From Candidatus Acidiferrales bacterium (GTDB taxonomy: Bacteria; Acidobacteriota; Terriglobia; Acidiferrales; UBA7541): DNA of 64,000 bases. Every line of letters starts with the position of its first letter. Within the stretch, counting starts at the first letter, position 1. Of the stretch, positions 46,753 through 56,187 are shown one piece after another. Location of the stretch: positions 12,557 to 76,556 of the forward strand of contig DATLST010000022.1 of NCBI GenBank assembly GCA_035534055.1. The letters run 5' to 3'. A model generated the notes under the pieces. That model was not told the origin of the DNA. It did no database searches and worked only from the letters and a program-made list of their open reading frames with translations. The position numbers and the translations under genes are program-made.

Positions 46753-47565
46753 GTGCTCTCAGGCGGCGAAATGAATCACAATTCTCTTCCGATTCTGATG
46801 TACCATGCGATCCGCTCGGCGGCGGACAGCGTGCTGCCGCCGACCGCGAGTATCGAGCATGCGGTCGAAACGGGCGATTTTCGCGCTCAACTCGATACGA
46901 TTGTCAATTGCGGGTATCGCACGATCAAGCTCGAGGATCTCGATCGTCCCCTGGCGGCGGCCAAATCGCTCCTGATCACTTTCGACGACGGTCATCAAAG
47001 CGATCTGCTGGAGGCCGCACCCGAACTTGCGCGGCGAAATCTGCACGCGCTTTTTTTTGTCATTTGGTCCTATCTCGGGCGTCCCGGTTATATGACTCGC
47101 GAACAGGTGCTGGCGTTGAGAGGGCAGGGATTCGAGATCGGTTCACATGGTCTAACTCACGTACGACTGACTCAGATAAGTGTGGCCGAGGCCTCGCGCG
47201 AGGTGTGCGAATCGAAACGGCAATTGGAGGATTTGCTCCAGGAACCGATTGCGGCTCTGGCGATTCCATTTGGGTACTACAACGATCAGGTGCTTCAGGC
47301 CGCGTGGGCCGCGGGCTACCAGCGGGTCATGACGTCAGATTTCAGAGTTGCCAAACGCAAACGTCGGGTGATGCCCCGGATGGGTCCGATGGCGGACACC
47401 ACTTCCCGGGATTTCCAGTGGATGCTCGAGACGAGCAGCGGCGCCGCAATCGGTCATCATGCGATCGAAGCCATAGGGGTGCGACTGCGGCGCCTGACCA
47501 GTTACGCGGAAATGCTGATGGCGCGCGCTCACAAGGTGGAAGATTTAACGAAGGCCGAGAAGTGA
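46753..47565 (+). CDS. Polysaccharide deacetylase (NodB-type)
   Basis: ILMYHAI, LITFDDGHQSD, GSHGLTH. An alternative ATG start lies at 46771. Confidence 0.85.
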   Translation: MLSGGEMNHNSLPILMYHAIRSAADSVLPPTASIEHAVETGDFRAQLDTIVNCGYRTIKLEDLDRPLAAAKSLLITFDDGHQSDLLEAAPELARRNLHALFFVIWSYLGRPGYMTREQVLALRGQGFEIGSHGLTHVRLTQISVAEASREVCESKRQLEDLLQEPIAALAIPFGYYNDQVLQAAWAAGYQRVMTSDFRVAKRKRRVMPRMGPMADTTSRDFQWMLETSSGAAIGHHAIEAIGVRLRRLTSYAEMLMARAHKVEDLTKAEK

Positions 47566-47592
47566 TCGGCGAGGACTAAGAAATAAAATACA

Positions 47593-48459
47593 ATGCGTGA
47601 AAGTCAAATGGCCGACTTCTTCCGGGCTCTGGGACATAAGATCGTCCAGACCAAGAGTTGTTTCTGGTATAGTTCGCATCGCTTCCTGTACAAGAACCTG
47701 CCGATCCATCGCTGCGTGGATCCTTCGCAAGCCGAACTGACTAAGGTAATGATCCGGGGTGCGGCATTGGCAATTCGCTATCCGGGGACTCCTGGTGACG
47801 CGACTGCCGACGGAGGAATGTACATCTGCTCGGATCCGAACTATGAGTTCGCGTCGCTCTCGGCAAACGCACGCAGTCATACCCGGCGGGGGCTTGCCCG
47901 CTGCACCATTGAACAGATGGACTTCAAGGATCTCGCAGTCCAAGCCTATCCGCTCATCACGGAAACGAATCTGCGCCAAACCGGAAAGCAGCCGCATCGC
48001 AACGAGTCGCAATGGAAATCGTTTTGCGATCTTGCAGGTAGATGGCCGGGCCTTGAGGCATGGGGTGCATTCATCGATGGCGAACTAGCGGCCTTTATCG
48101 TTGCTATACTGGCTGAGGATTGTTACTACATCCATCTACAAAAAAGCGCATCCGCACTGCTCAAGCACTATTCAAACAATGCGCTTCTGTTTACCGTAAT
48201 GAAAACGGCGCTGGCTCGTCCGGAGGTTGGCTTTGTCGCGAACGGTCAAATCGCGCTGGCCGCAAAAGAGGGGCTTTTTCATTTCAAGACCAGCATGGGC
48301 TTCGAGATTCATCCCTTCAAAGAGCAAATGGTTTTTAATCCGCTGATAAAGCCTGGTCTATGGGCAGGCAAAGCAGTGACCAGCCGGCTCACGAGAATTG
48401 TTCCGGAAAACCTTTTCTGGCGCAGGGTTTCGAAGGCGCTTGAGCTGGCTGGAGACTGA
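47593..48459 (+). CDS. FemAB/BioF2-like GNAT-fold acyltransferase
   Basis: 288 aa. The C-terminal half (LEAWGAFIDGELAAFIVAILAEDCYYIHLQKS...NALLFTVMK...HFKTSMGF) resembles FemAB-related proteins of EPS loci. This is only a fold-level impression. Confidence 0.5.
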   Translation: MRESQMADFFRALGHKIVQTKSCFWYSSHRFLYKNLPIHRCVDPSQAELTKVMIRGAALAIRYPGTPGDATADGGMYICSDPNYEFASLSANARSHTRRGLARCTIEQMDFKDLAVQAYPLITETNLRQTGKQPHRNESQWKSFCDLAGRWPGLEAWGAFIDGELAAFIVAILAEDCYYIHLQKSASALLKHYSNNALLFTVMKTALARPEVGFVANGQIALAAKEGLFHFKTSMGFEIHPFKEQMVFNPLIKPGLWAGKAVTSRLTRIVPENLFWRRVSKALELAGD

Positions 48460-48552
48460 ACTGCATGCCTGCGGAAATGCCGATCGCAGGTTGCACTGGA
48501 AGCGGAGAATGTGATGGCGGGGTCGACTACTCGAGGATGGCCGGCCCGCGCC

Positions 48553-49272
48553 CTATTTCACCATGCGCCCAAGAATTCCCGCGCGCAATCCTTCGAGTGA
48601 CCGATACCGATTGACGAGTCTTTCGTAGCCCACCCCGACCAGAAACGGCAGGAAATTGAAAACCAGGTACCTGGGCTCGGGCTCCCACATCCGAAGGTCG
48701 ATTCGCTCGAAGCCCGCGTTATAGCCTTCGGCACAAACGGTCTTGCGGGAATTCAGACGATAATAAGTGGGCCAGGGGTCGTGCACTCCGGGAGGATACC
48801 CACGCGCCCAATTGGCGACCAGATGGTGAAACCAGCTGGGAGTCAGCTTCGCGACGATCGCGACATAGTGCCAGGAATTTGGAGTACGAAAGAAAAACAT
48901 CCCACCTTTTTTGAGGACTCTATGCACCTCACGCAAGAATTTATTGGGCGCAGACACATGTTCGAGCACCCAATCACAGACAACCGCGTCGAATGTGTTG
49001 TCCTCGAACGGCAGCGGGTCGTCTGATCCGACTACGTGGGCTTCATCCAGTTCAGGGTTGCGAAGCACCTCTGGATCAATGTCGGCGCCGACAACACGCG
49101 CGACCTCGCCTTTGAGGACGCGGATTGGCCCACGGTCGGCAGGCGGACCGGCGCCCAAATTAAGTAACACCGTTTGGCGAGTGATCTGCGTTCGTATCCA
49201 ACCGTAGAAGGCAACCCCACCGTCGCGAGTCTGGTCCGGATAAAAACGCTCAAAGGTACTTGTCGATATCAT
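48553..49272 (-). CDS. Class I SAM-dependent methyltransferase
   Basis: Motif I VLLNLGAGP. VVGADID. FDAVVCDWVLEHV. LKKGGMFFFRTPN. I start at MISTSTFERF (49272). The ORF-track extension to 49506 runs through AT-rich non-coding DNA. Confidence 0.8.
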   Translation of the reverse strand: MISTSTFERFYPDQTRDGGVAFYGWIRTQITRQTVLLNLGAGPPADRGPIRVLKGEVARVVGADIDPEVLRNPELDEAHVVGSDDPLPFEDNTFDAVVCDWVLEHVSAPNKFLREVHRVLKKGGMFFFRTPNSWHYVAIVAKLTPSWFHHLVANWARGYPPGVHDPWPTYYRLNSRKTVCAEGYNAGFERIDLRMWEPEPRYLVFNFLPFLVGVGYERLVNRYRSLEGLRAGILGRMVK

Positions 49273-49373
49273 ACAAAACCCTGCCGGCCGGTATTTGACA
49301 CGCCTGAGCCCGCTATAAGAGTCGAGACTGGAAAAGCGCCGACCGTCCACCCGGGTGTCGCCGGGCTGTGCTG

Positions 49374-49465
49374 TAATGAAAATATATAAAAAAGCTATAA
49401 ATGTCAAGAAATTATAAGAAAAAAGGGGAAGAACGGTATAGACAACAATAGAGTTGTGGGGGTAG
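49374..49465. promoter_or_regulatory. AT-rich divergent promoter region (methyltransferase <-> Crp-like regulator)
   Basis: aatgaaaatatataaaaaagctataaatgtcaagaaattataagaaaaaagg in an otherwise GC-rich context. Confidence 0.45.
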
Positions 49466-49505
49466 ACTTGATTCAGCAGTAGGCTCTTCCGGATCTCAGA
49501 GTCCA

Positions 49506-50330
49506 ATGCGGATCATGAAACGACCCACATTTCCAAAGAAGAAGCGGACCCCGGATGCTCCGTTCACCAAGCCAGCCGAAGGACCGTTCGAAGCTCAAAC
49601 GCTATTCAAATACTTTCCAACGCTCAAACTCGACAAACTCAAACGGCTGGCCGGGGCGATGTCGCTAGCGCGTTTAAGTCGAGGCGATCGCGTCTTGGGT
49701 GACCTCGAGTCGCGAACCGACATCCTGCTGGTCTTAAAGGGGGCGATCGCGGTGATCTGGCAGCGCGATCGCGGGCATCAGGTACTCGTGACTCTGCTGG
49801 CGCCAGGCGAGATGTTTGGGGTGTCTTCCTCCTTCCTGCCGGAGTTGGCAAAAGGTCTGAGAGGATATGCTTTCACTAATAGCCTGGTAGCTACAATCGA
49901 TTCGAAGAAACTTCTGGACATACTGCTCGGCGTTGACCTGGAGGCTTTCAAATCCGCGACGGGAATGACGATGGGATGGTCGTTCAATACGCTTATGCGG
50001 TACATAAGGATGGTCCACCTGTTGCCGCGCGACCGGCTGGTGATTGCGCTGATCGAAATGGCAGCTAAGTTTGGCGTACGTGATTCGAGAGGCCTGATAG
50101 TGAATTTGCCGATCAGTCAGAAGGACCTGGCCAACCTGCTAGGTGCATCGAGGCAGACGGTCAACGCGGATTTGGGCCACCTGGTGCGCTTGGGCGCGGT
50201 CGTCAATCTGCACCACCAGATGGTTGTGGTCCCGGAAAAGCTCTTCGCCCTGATTGACGATTATGGAGTCCATCAGCTTGGGGCTTCGAGTCGACATTTT
50301 GGATCCGAAGTCGAGCTAGCCCTCGATTAG
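49506..50330 (+). CDS. Crp/Fnr-family transcriptional regulator (paralogue 3, more divergent)
   Basis: HTH LANLLGASRQTVNADLGHLVRLGAV. The effector barrel has GEMFGV...LRGYAFT rather than a canonical cNMP cassette. Confidence 0.8.
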   Translation: MRIMKRPTFPKKKRTPDAPFTKPAEGPFEAQTLFKYFPTLKLDKLKRLAGAMSLARLSRGDRVLGDLESRTDILLVLKGAIAVIWQRDRGHQVLVTLLAPGEMFGVSSSFLPELAKGLRGYAFTNSLVATIDSKKLLDILLGVDLEAFKSATGMTMGWSFNTLMRYIRMVHLLPRDRLVIALIEMAAKFGVRDSRGLIVNLPISQKDLANLLGASRQTVNADLGHLVRLGAVVNLHHQMVVVPEKLFALIDDYGVHQLGASSRHFGSEVELALD

Positions 50331-51117
50331 TTCGCTCTCGCAAAATTGACGTCGTATCTATGAAGTAGCCTGCCATCGCAACTACCTCGCCATTTGTGAT
50401 GCTCTTGGCCTGCTCGATTGCAGGATTTTCTCAACTGGCCGCAAGATGCACGCAAGGAGATGCTGACAGTGGCGTTGCTACCGTCGTCATCGCCACGCCG
50501 AACTCGTCGCCTTCTTTCAGTTTCGGGCCAAGCGCCACACAAAAACCGGCGTGGCGTCTGGAATCTGCAACGACCGGCGGGCCCCACAAGCATCCCGTAG
50601 TTAAACGGCGGCTGACCGCTTCGATCTGCGCTTCACTCCGACAAGCGTCTGGTGGTTCAATCTAGCAGAGCGTTGGTCCGTCCTGATCGCCAACCAGGCG
50701 AACCGGCGCGTTAGCTTAACCACCGCCGGTGTCTCGCGCCTTGAACTTTCTTGTTCTCCTAGCGCAACTGCCTGAGTTCCCGCGCAGCATGCGCGTCCCC
50801 AGCCCGCGCAATTCCCTTTTTCCACAGGTAAGATTCCGAAATTGACCTGGGCGCGACGCCCCCGCTGGCAGACCGCCGTCCGTGGCGACTCCTGGTATGA
50901 CAATTTTAGCCACGCCGCGTTCTGACCGCTCCGACCGGCGCCCTATCCACTCTCCGCCAGTGTCAAGTTCCCGACACTTCTTTCCTTTTTGTGCATTCAC
51001 AATGACGAGAGCATTGAAATCGACTGCTCCGCTTGTGTAAGTACACCACTCAAGAAATCCGTCGAGCAATCCGATCGATAATCAACGAGGCTGGGCGGGC
51101 CGGGGGGAAGAGAAGAT

Positions 51118-52881
51118 ATGTCACATCGATCGTCGCTGCGGATTACGGTTCTCGCCTTAAGTTCAATATTCATGTTGCTCGCCAGCGCCAGCCTGAGCCC
51201 GGCGCTGGCAAAACTCAGGAGAACCACGGCGACCATCGAGATTACCTCGCCGGACCGATACAGCGTGGTCTCCGGTATCGTCACGATAGTGACCCAGGAA
51301 CAAGCGCCGATAAGCTGGATGAATGCATTTGTCGATGGACGATGGTTTGTTTCGGACGGGTCGGCAAAACCTTATTCGGTCCAGTGGGACTCGACGACGG
51401 TTCCGAACGGCAGGCACACGCTAACGGTCAAAGGCTACAACGACGCAAATCAGCAGCTCGCCCAATCCAGCATAGTCGTCCACGTGTCCAACGCTTCGCC
51501 AACTCCAACCATCGTCTCCACTCCGTCCCAGACCACGCCCACGGCGACCTCTACACCCACGGCGACCTCTACACCCACGCCGACCTCCACGCCCACGCCG
51601 ACTGGCACTACCTACTATGTGTCGCCTACTGGCAGCGATTCAGCTGCGGGGACGTCAAGCGCGCCGTGGCGGACGATTCAGAAGGCGGCCGACATGCTGC
51701 AACCGGGGGAGACCGCCATCGTAGCTGCAGGCAACTACGGCGAGCGGGTGTCGATAGCGCGCGCAGGGACGCTAGCTGCTCCAATCGCTTTGCAGGCCGC
51801 CAATTCGGCGGACGTCAAGCTCTTGGGCTTCGATCTGTCAGGCAGCAGCTGGGTGCTGAACGGATTTGACATCTCGACCCAAACCAACGGCAGCGCCGGA
51901 GTGGGAATCTACGTGACCGGATCGGCCTCGAACGACACAATCGAAAATAATTACATCCATGAGCTGTGCCACGAAGGGATTTTCATGGATCCGACGGTTT
52001 CGCACATCTCTGTTCTCAACAACCGCATCTGGCGCGCGGAGATGGCGGGCGCGCAGGTCGATGGCACTAACGATCTTATCCAGGGCAACGAAGTCTGGGG
52101 AACCCAGCAGGAGCCGGTCCTGGCAGGTGGAATCTATTCCGGATGCGTGACGCCCGGTGGCGCCGATGCGGACGGATTCCGCTTCTTCGGGCAGTATAAC
52201 GTCTTCAAATCCAACTACATCCACGATATCTATACAGTGTCGCCGACCAACCCCAACCCGCACACCGACTGCTTCCAGACTTGGGGAAGCACCGCAATGA
52301 AAGTGGATGACATCCTGATCGAGCAGAACTTCTGCCGCTGGCCGGTCGCCTCGACCACAGTGGACGCGGAGACCGCGATGATCGAGGGCGTCGACGGGCC
52401 GGTGGGGACGGTAACTTTTCAGAACAACGAACTGTCCGACATGCGACAGGGAATAGTGGTGGGGTCCAACGTCGGCGCGCTGAAAATCTATAACAATACC
52501 TGGGACCACATCCTGGAAGAAGCTCTGATTTTCAACGACGTCAGATCGTCGGCCGATGAAATAATCAACAACATCTTCTACGATGTCGGCGCCAGTGGCG
52601 ACTCCTACGCCGAGGTCCCGAGCGGCAGCCCGGTGTTCGAGGCCAACGATTTCCGTATGCCCGGCGGCGCCAGCCTGGGCACCTATCCGACCGTGGAGTC
52701 GTATATAAGCGTCGATCCGATGTTCCTCAACTATGGCGATTCGACCGCTGCCGGCGCGGACTTCCATCTGCAGTCCGGCTCGCCTCTCAAGGGCGCCGGG
52801 GTCACGCTGCCCGAGGTAACCAATGACTATTACGGAACCAGTCGGGGAACGTCCGGGTACTCAATCGGTGCCGCTCAGTAG
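51118..52881 (+). CDS. Secreted right-handed beta-helix protein (pectate-lyase fold) with N-terminal Ig-like domain and Thr/Pro linker
   Basis: Signal peptide. Ig-like module (VSGIVTIV...HTLTVKGYND). Linker TPTATSTPTATSTPTPTSTPTPTG. YYVSPTGSDSAAGTSSAPWRTIQKAADMLQPGETAIVAAGNY, then repetitive beta-helix turns (NN.I motifs). Confidence 0.8.
   Translation: MSHRSSLRITVLALSSIFMLLASASLSPALAKLRRTTATIEITSPDRYSVVSGIVTIVTQEQAPISWMNAFVDGRWFVSDGSAKPYSVQWDSTTVPNGRHTLTVKGYNDANQQLAQSSIVVHVSNASPTPTIVSTPSQTTPTATSTPTATSTPTPTSTPTPTGTTYYVSPTGSDSAAGTSSAPWRTIQKAADMLQPGETAIVAAGNYGERVSIARAGTLAAPIALQAANSADVKLLGFDLSGSSWVLNGFDISTQTNGSAGVGIYVTGSASNDTIENNYIHELCHEGIFMDPTVSHISVLNNRIWRAEMAGAQVDGTNDLIQGNEVWGTQQEPVLAGGIYSGCVTPGGADADGFRFFGQYNVFKSNYIHDIYTVSPTNPNPHTDCFQTWGSTAMKVDDILIEQNFCRWPVASTTVDAETAMIEGVDGPVGTVTFQNNELSDMRQGIVVGSNVGALKIYNNTWDHILEEALIFNDVRSSADEIINNIFYDVGASGDSYAEVPSGSPVFEANDFRMPGGASLGTYPTVESYISVDPMFLNYGDSTAAGADFHLQSGSPLKGAGVTLPEVTNDYYGTSRGTSGYSIGAAQ
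51541..51603. repeat. 18-bp tandem repeat, about 3.5 copies (Thr/Pro linker)
   Basis: acggcgacctctacaccc x2, then acgccgacctccacgccc, then acgccgact. Confidence 0.85.
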
Positions 52882-52920
52882 CCCTCGCTGCGAGGTGGAT
52901 TGGACAGCCCATGGCTATTG

Positions 52921-54237
52921 TCAGAGCGACGTTCGATAATAGTGAATTGACTGCCAGAAGCCCCCGCCAAATCGGGCGCGGATGGAGCGGAGCACGCCTT
53001 GGGTCAGGAGATATCTGGGATGCAGGTAAAGTCCGCCATTGTTTAGCGAAAATAGCATGCGGTGGAGTTTCCAGTTCTTGACATTGCGCAGCAACCTGAA
53101 GCGCGCCGTCACTCCAAGTGTTTGCATGCCAAAAGAGAAATTAAAGCTAAACCAAAGCGGCTGAGAGTTCATCACCAAATCGGGTTGAGTCTGGTTGCCG
53201 ACTTCCGCGAGCGGGCCTTTCGCTAGGCGGAAGACGACTGTCTTGTCAAGGTCAGGCATTCGGACGGCGACCGGGCGTAGCATGCGTAACAAGAGCATCG
53301 GGTACCTGTCGCGCATCTGTGCCGCAAGGCCGTCGTAGGCCGCAGCGATCTCGGGCATCGTCTTGCTCTCTATCGGGTCGTACGCACGCTGATCCACCCC
53401 CGGCAGCTGGTCGAATCGCGCCAGGGCGCGGGATGAATCGTGCTCGGCGCCGAGCTCGTAGGTATCCCCCGGATAAAGTACCACGGTGCGCTGACCATGC
53501 CTGCTCAGATGGTCGGCGGCGTCGCGCGCAGAATTGGCAAAGTTGTTGACGTACTTGTTGTCGAGGCTCGAAAAGTAGATGAAACTCGCGAACGGAATGG
53601 TGGCCTTCGCGCGTAAGGCGCCATGCACCGACGAGAGATTGTCGAGAACCCGCTTTGCTCTCTGCGGCAGAAATTGCTCGTGGGGTTCAAGTCCGGCGTA
53701 AGCGGCGAGGGAAAATTGGTTCAAGAGCACATCGACAGGCCCGATGTCATTGAGAATCCTTTTGCATGCGCCGGTGCTGATACGGGCGTCGTTGGCATTG
53801 AAGATGACTTGTCCCTGACTCACGACGGCCAGTGCAGAGTCCATCAGGCCGGCGTGATAGCAATAGACCCTGGTCGCATCAGGCTGGTCGGACAACGGTA
53901 CGATGTGTCGGTGCGGCAGCGGCTGAAATCGCTCATAGCCAAGCTTGCGAAGCGCCGGAGAAATCTTCGCGTATTCACGATCCTGAATGAGTACAGTTAC
54001 ACGCGTTTTGAAGGCGGCCGGAAACGAGTCGAGGGTCGGAAAGTGACAATGGTCAGGATGCTCATGTGAGATCCAGATATAATCGATCTTCTCGAGCATC
54101 GCCTGATCGAACTTGGGTTCGGGTAGCAGACTCCACGAGTTGTTGAATATCTTTCCGAATAGCCACGGGTCCATCAGGATCGATGTATCGCCGCAATCTG
54201 CGACGATGCATGCATGTCCGACCAAGTGTATCTTCAT
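52921..54237 (-). CDS. MBL-fold metallo-hydrolase with ~190-aa C-terminal extension (paralogue A)
   Basis: MKIHLVGHACIVADCGDTSILMDPWL, HxHxDH motif WISHEHPDHCH. The C-terminal part has no family I recognise. Confidence 0.8.
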   Translation of the reverse strand: MKIHLVGHACIVADCGDTSILMDPWLFGKIFNNSWSLLPEPKFDQAMLEKIDYIWISHEHPDHCHFPTLDSFPAAFKTRVTVLIQDREYAKISPALRKLGYERFQPLPHRHIVPLSDQPDATRVYCYHAGLMDSALAVVSQGQVIFNANDARISTGACKRILNDIGPVDVLLNQFSLAAYAGLEPHEQFLPQRAKRVLDNLSSVHGALRAKATIPFASFIYFSSLDNKYVNNFANSARDAADHLSRHGQRTVVLYPGDTYELGAEHDSSRALARFDQLPGVDQRAYDPIESKTMPEIAAAYDGLAAQMRDRYPMLLLRMLRPVAVRMPDLDKTVVFRLAKGPLAEVGNQTQPDLVMNSQPLWFSFNFSFGMQTLGVTARFRLLRNVKNWKLHRMLFSLNNGGLYLHPRYLLTQGVLRSIRARFGGGFWQSIHYYRTSL

Positions 54238-54540
54238 GGTTCTTTAGCCTGACTGTTCGGTTCCGGCATCGGAGCTTCGCGGCCCTTTGCAGAGCGTGGC
54301 CCGCAGAAGGCCCCTTCTTCCAGGGGCAAACCCAAATCGAACCGCGCCATACAAGCGGTGACCATGGCGAGTCTTCTTGGTGGGGCGCTTTGTATCCATG
54401 CCCCTGTAATGAGGAGGGGGGTGGAGCGGCCGGGGGCGGGCCGAGAAGGACGGAGGGGGGCCGCCCTTTAGCCCGGGACGCCACCCGGCCGTCCGAAGGA
54501 AGCATGTTTCCAAGATCGTCTTCTTCATCTCGGTGAAAGA

Positions 54541-54690
54541 TTCATTGAATTTGACATAGAAAGATAGATAAGGCAAGACGACATTACAAATAAATATAAA
54601 AAATATGAAATGTGTTGATTTATCTTATCTTAATATAATTATACATCCTTGTATTAGCCTTTAATATTTGGTAGGTTAAAAAACGAACCG
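54541..54690. promoter_or_regulatory. AT-rich divergent intergenic island between the two MBL-fold paralogues
   Basis: About 150 bp of A/T-dominated DNA (caaataaatataaaaaatatgaaatgtgttgatttatcttatcttaatataattatacatcc). Confidence 0.45.
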
Positions 54691-54796
54691 GATTTAGGGG
54701 CTTATCATCACGAAGAATCGACGAAATAGAGACTGGACGAACCTCGAGACGGCCACCAAAGGTTTCTCTGGAAACCGCCTGCGACAGGGATAATTC

Positions 54797-56143
54797 GTGA
54801 AAGTCACGCTCGTTTCGCATGCTTCGGTCATAATCGAGTCGCACGGTCTTCGAATCTGGACCGACCCATGGCTCCGCGGGAAGGTCTTCAATCAATCGTG
54901 GTCATTGTTCCCGCCGGCCGCATTTGACCCGGCGGTACTGGACGGAATCGACTATCTGTGGATTTCGCACATTCATCCGGATCACTTTCACATTCCGAGT
55001 CTGAATTCGCTGCCGCCCGACTTCAAACGGCGGGTCAAGGTCTTGTTCCAGGACAATCACGCCGATCAAGTCTTCGAAGTGCTGGAAAAATGCGGCTACA
55101 AGAACTTCCAGGTGATACGGCATCGAAAGCAGACCGCGCTCGGCGACCAGACGTCGGTTTACTGCTACGGGGTTGGGACGCTCGATTCCTGCCTGGGCGT
55201 GATCGAACCGGAAGGGGCTTTGTTCAACGCCAATGACGCGAGGCTGAACACCGCCGATTGTCGCCGGGTGAAGTCGGACATTGGGCGGATCCACGCGATG
55301 CTCAGCCAGTTTTCGCTCGCGGTCTACAATGGCTTTCAGCCGCGCGACTCCCACCTCACGCGCGGCGCCGCGGCGGTGCTCGAGAAAATTTTCGGCAATC
55401 ACGCGGACCTCGGCGCAAAAGTCACCATTCCATTTGCGAGCCTGATGCGGTTTTCCCTGGCGGACAATCGCTATATGAACGCCTTTGCCAATCGTCCACG
55501 CGACGTGTGGGAGTTTGCGCGTCGGCGCGGTCTCGGGGTGGCAATCCTGTTCCCCGGCGACGCTTACGATTCGTCTGTAAGCTACGACTCGACCTTGCCA
55601 CTGGAAAAGTACGATGCGCTCTATGAGACCATCGAGCAGTTTGCCTACGATACGCCGGCGGTCGTCCCGTTACAGTCGATAGAGAAAGCGTTCCGCGAGA
55701 TGGTACGCCATCTGCGTGAAAAATATCCCGTTCTGCTACTGCGTATGCTGAGGACTGTGGTGGTGAAACTGCCCGACCTTGACAAAACCGTGGCGTTCTC
55801 CATCCCGGCTGACTCGTTCAGCGAAGTCGGAGCGCAGCAGCCGCCCGACCTTATAATGTGTTCGCAGGCGCTGCACTTCTGCTTCTTCACACCCTATGGA
55901 TTGCAGACGCTGTCGAGTTCGGCGCAGCACACGATGCTTCGAAATCGGCTCAACTGGCGGATTCACCGGGCGCTGTTTGCGCTGAACAATGCGCATGCGT
56001 ATGGCCGTCTCAAGTATATGCTCAGCAGCGACACCATGAGCTTTCTCGGGAAAAGGCTTCGAGCGGCGGCCCGCTATACAGACCTCACGCGCGCTCGAAT
56101 CAGATTCCCTGACCACTATCACCCCAAGGATCGTGCCAATTGA
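54797..56143 (+). CDS. MBL-fold metallo-hydrolase with C-terminal extension (paralogue B)
   Basis: GTG start. VKVTLVSHASVIIESHGLRIWTDPWL. WISHIHPDHFH. Collinear similarity to paralogue A through the C-terminal extension (VLLLRMLR, PDLDKTV, LRN..NW..HR.LF.LNN). Confidence 0.8.
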   Translation: MKVTLVSHASVIIESHGLRIWTDPWLRGKVFNQSWSLFPPAAFDPAVLDGIDYLWISHIHPDHFHIPSLNSLPPDFKRRVKVLFQDNHADQVFEVLEKCGYKNFQVIRHRKQTALGDQTSVYCYGVGTLDSCLGVIEPEGALFNANDARLNTADCRRVKSDIGRIHAMLSQFSLAVYNGFQPRDSHLTRGAAAVLEKIFGNHADLGAKVTIPFASLMRFSLADNRYMNAFANRPRDVWEFARRRGLGVAILFPGDAYDSSVSYDSTLPLEKYDALYETIEQFAYDTPAVVPLQSIEKAFREMVRHLREKYPVLLLRMLRTVVVKLPDLDKTVAFSIPADSFSEVGAQQPPDLIMCSQALHFCFFTPYGLQTLSSSAQHTMLRNRLNWRIHRALFALNNAHAYGRLKYMLSSDTMSFLGKRLRAAARYTDLTRARIRFPDHYHPKDRAN

Positions 56144-56187
56144 AGCGGAACCAACTGTCAGGCCGGTTTGTTGGAGCAGGCCTCGAG

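Noticed and set aside
49273-49506. N-terminal extension of the methyltransferase ORF (MDSEIRKSLLLNQVYPHNSIVVYTVLPLFSYNFLTFIAFLYIF...).
   Set aside because: It runs through the AT-rich promoter island, giving Ile/Phe/Tyr/Asn-rich junk, and it precedes the conserved start of the methyltransferase fold.
51033-51869. 278-aa ORF overlapping the start of the beta-helix gene in another frame.
   Set aside because: Arg/His-rich composition. It reads the Thr/Pro linker repeat as HGDLYTHGDLYTHADLHAHAD. The alternative frame has a signal peptide, an Ig-like domain and a beta-helix, and is clearly the real gene.
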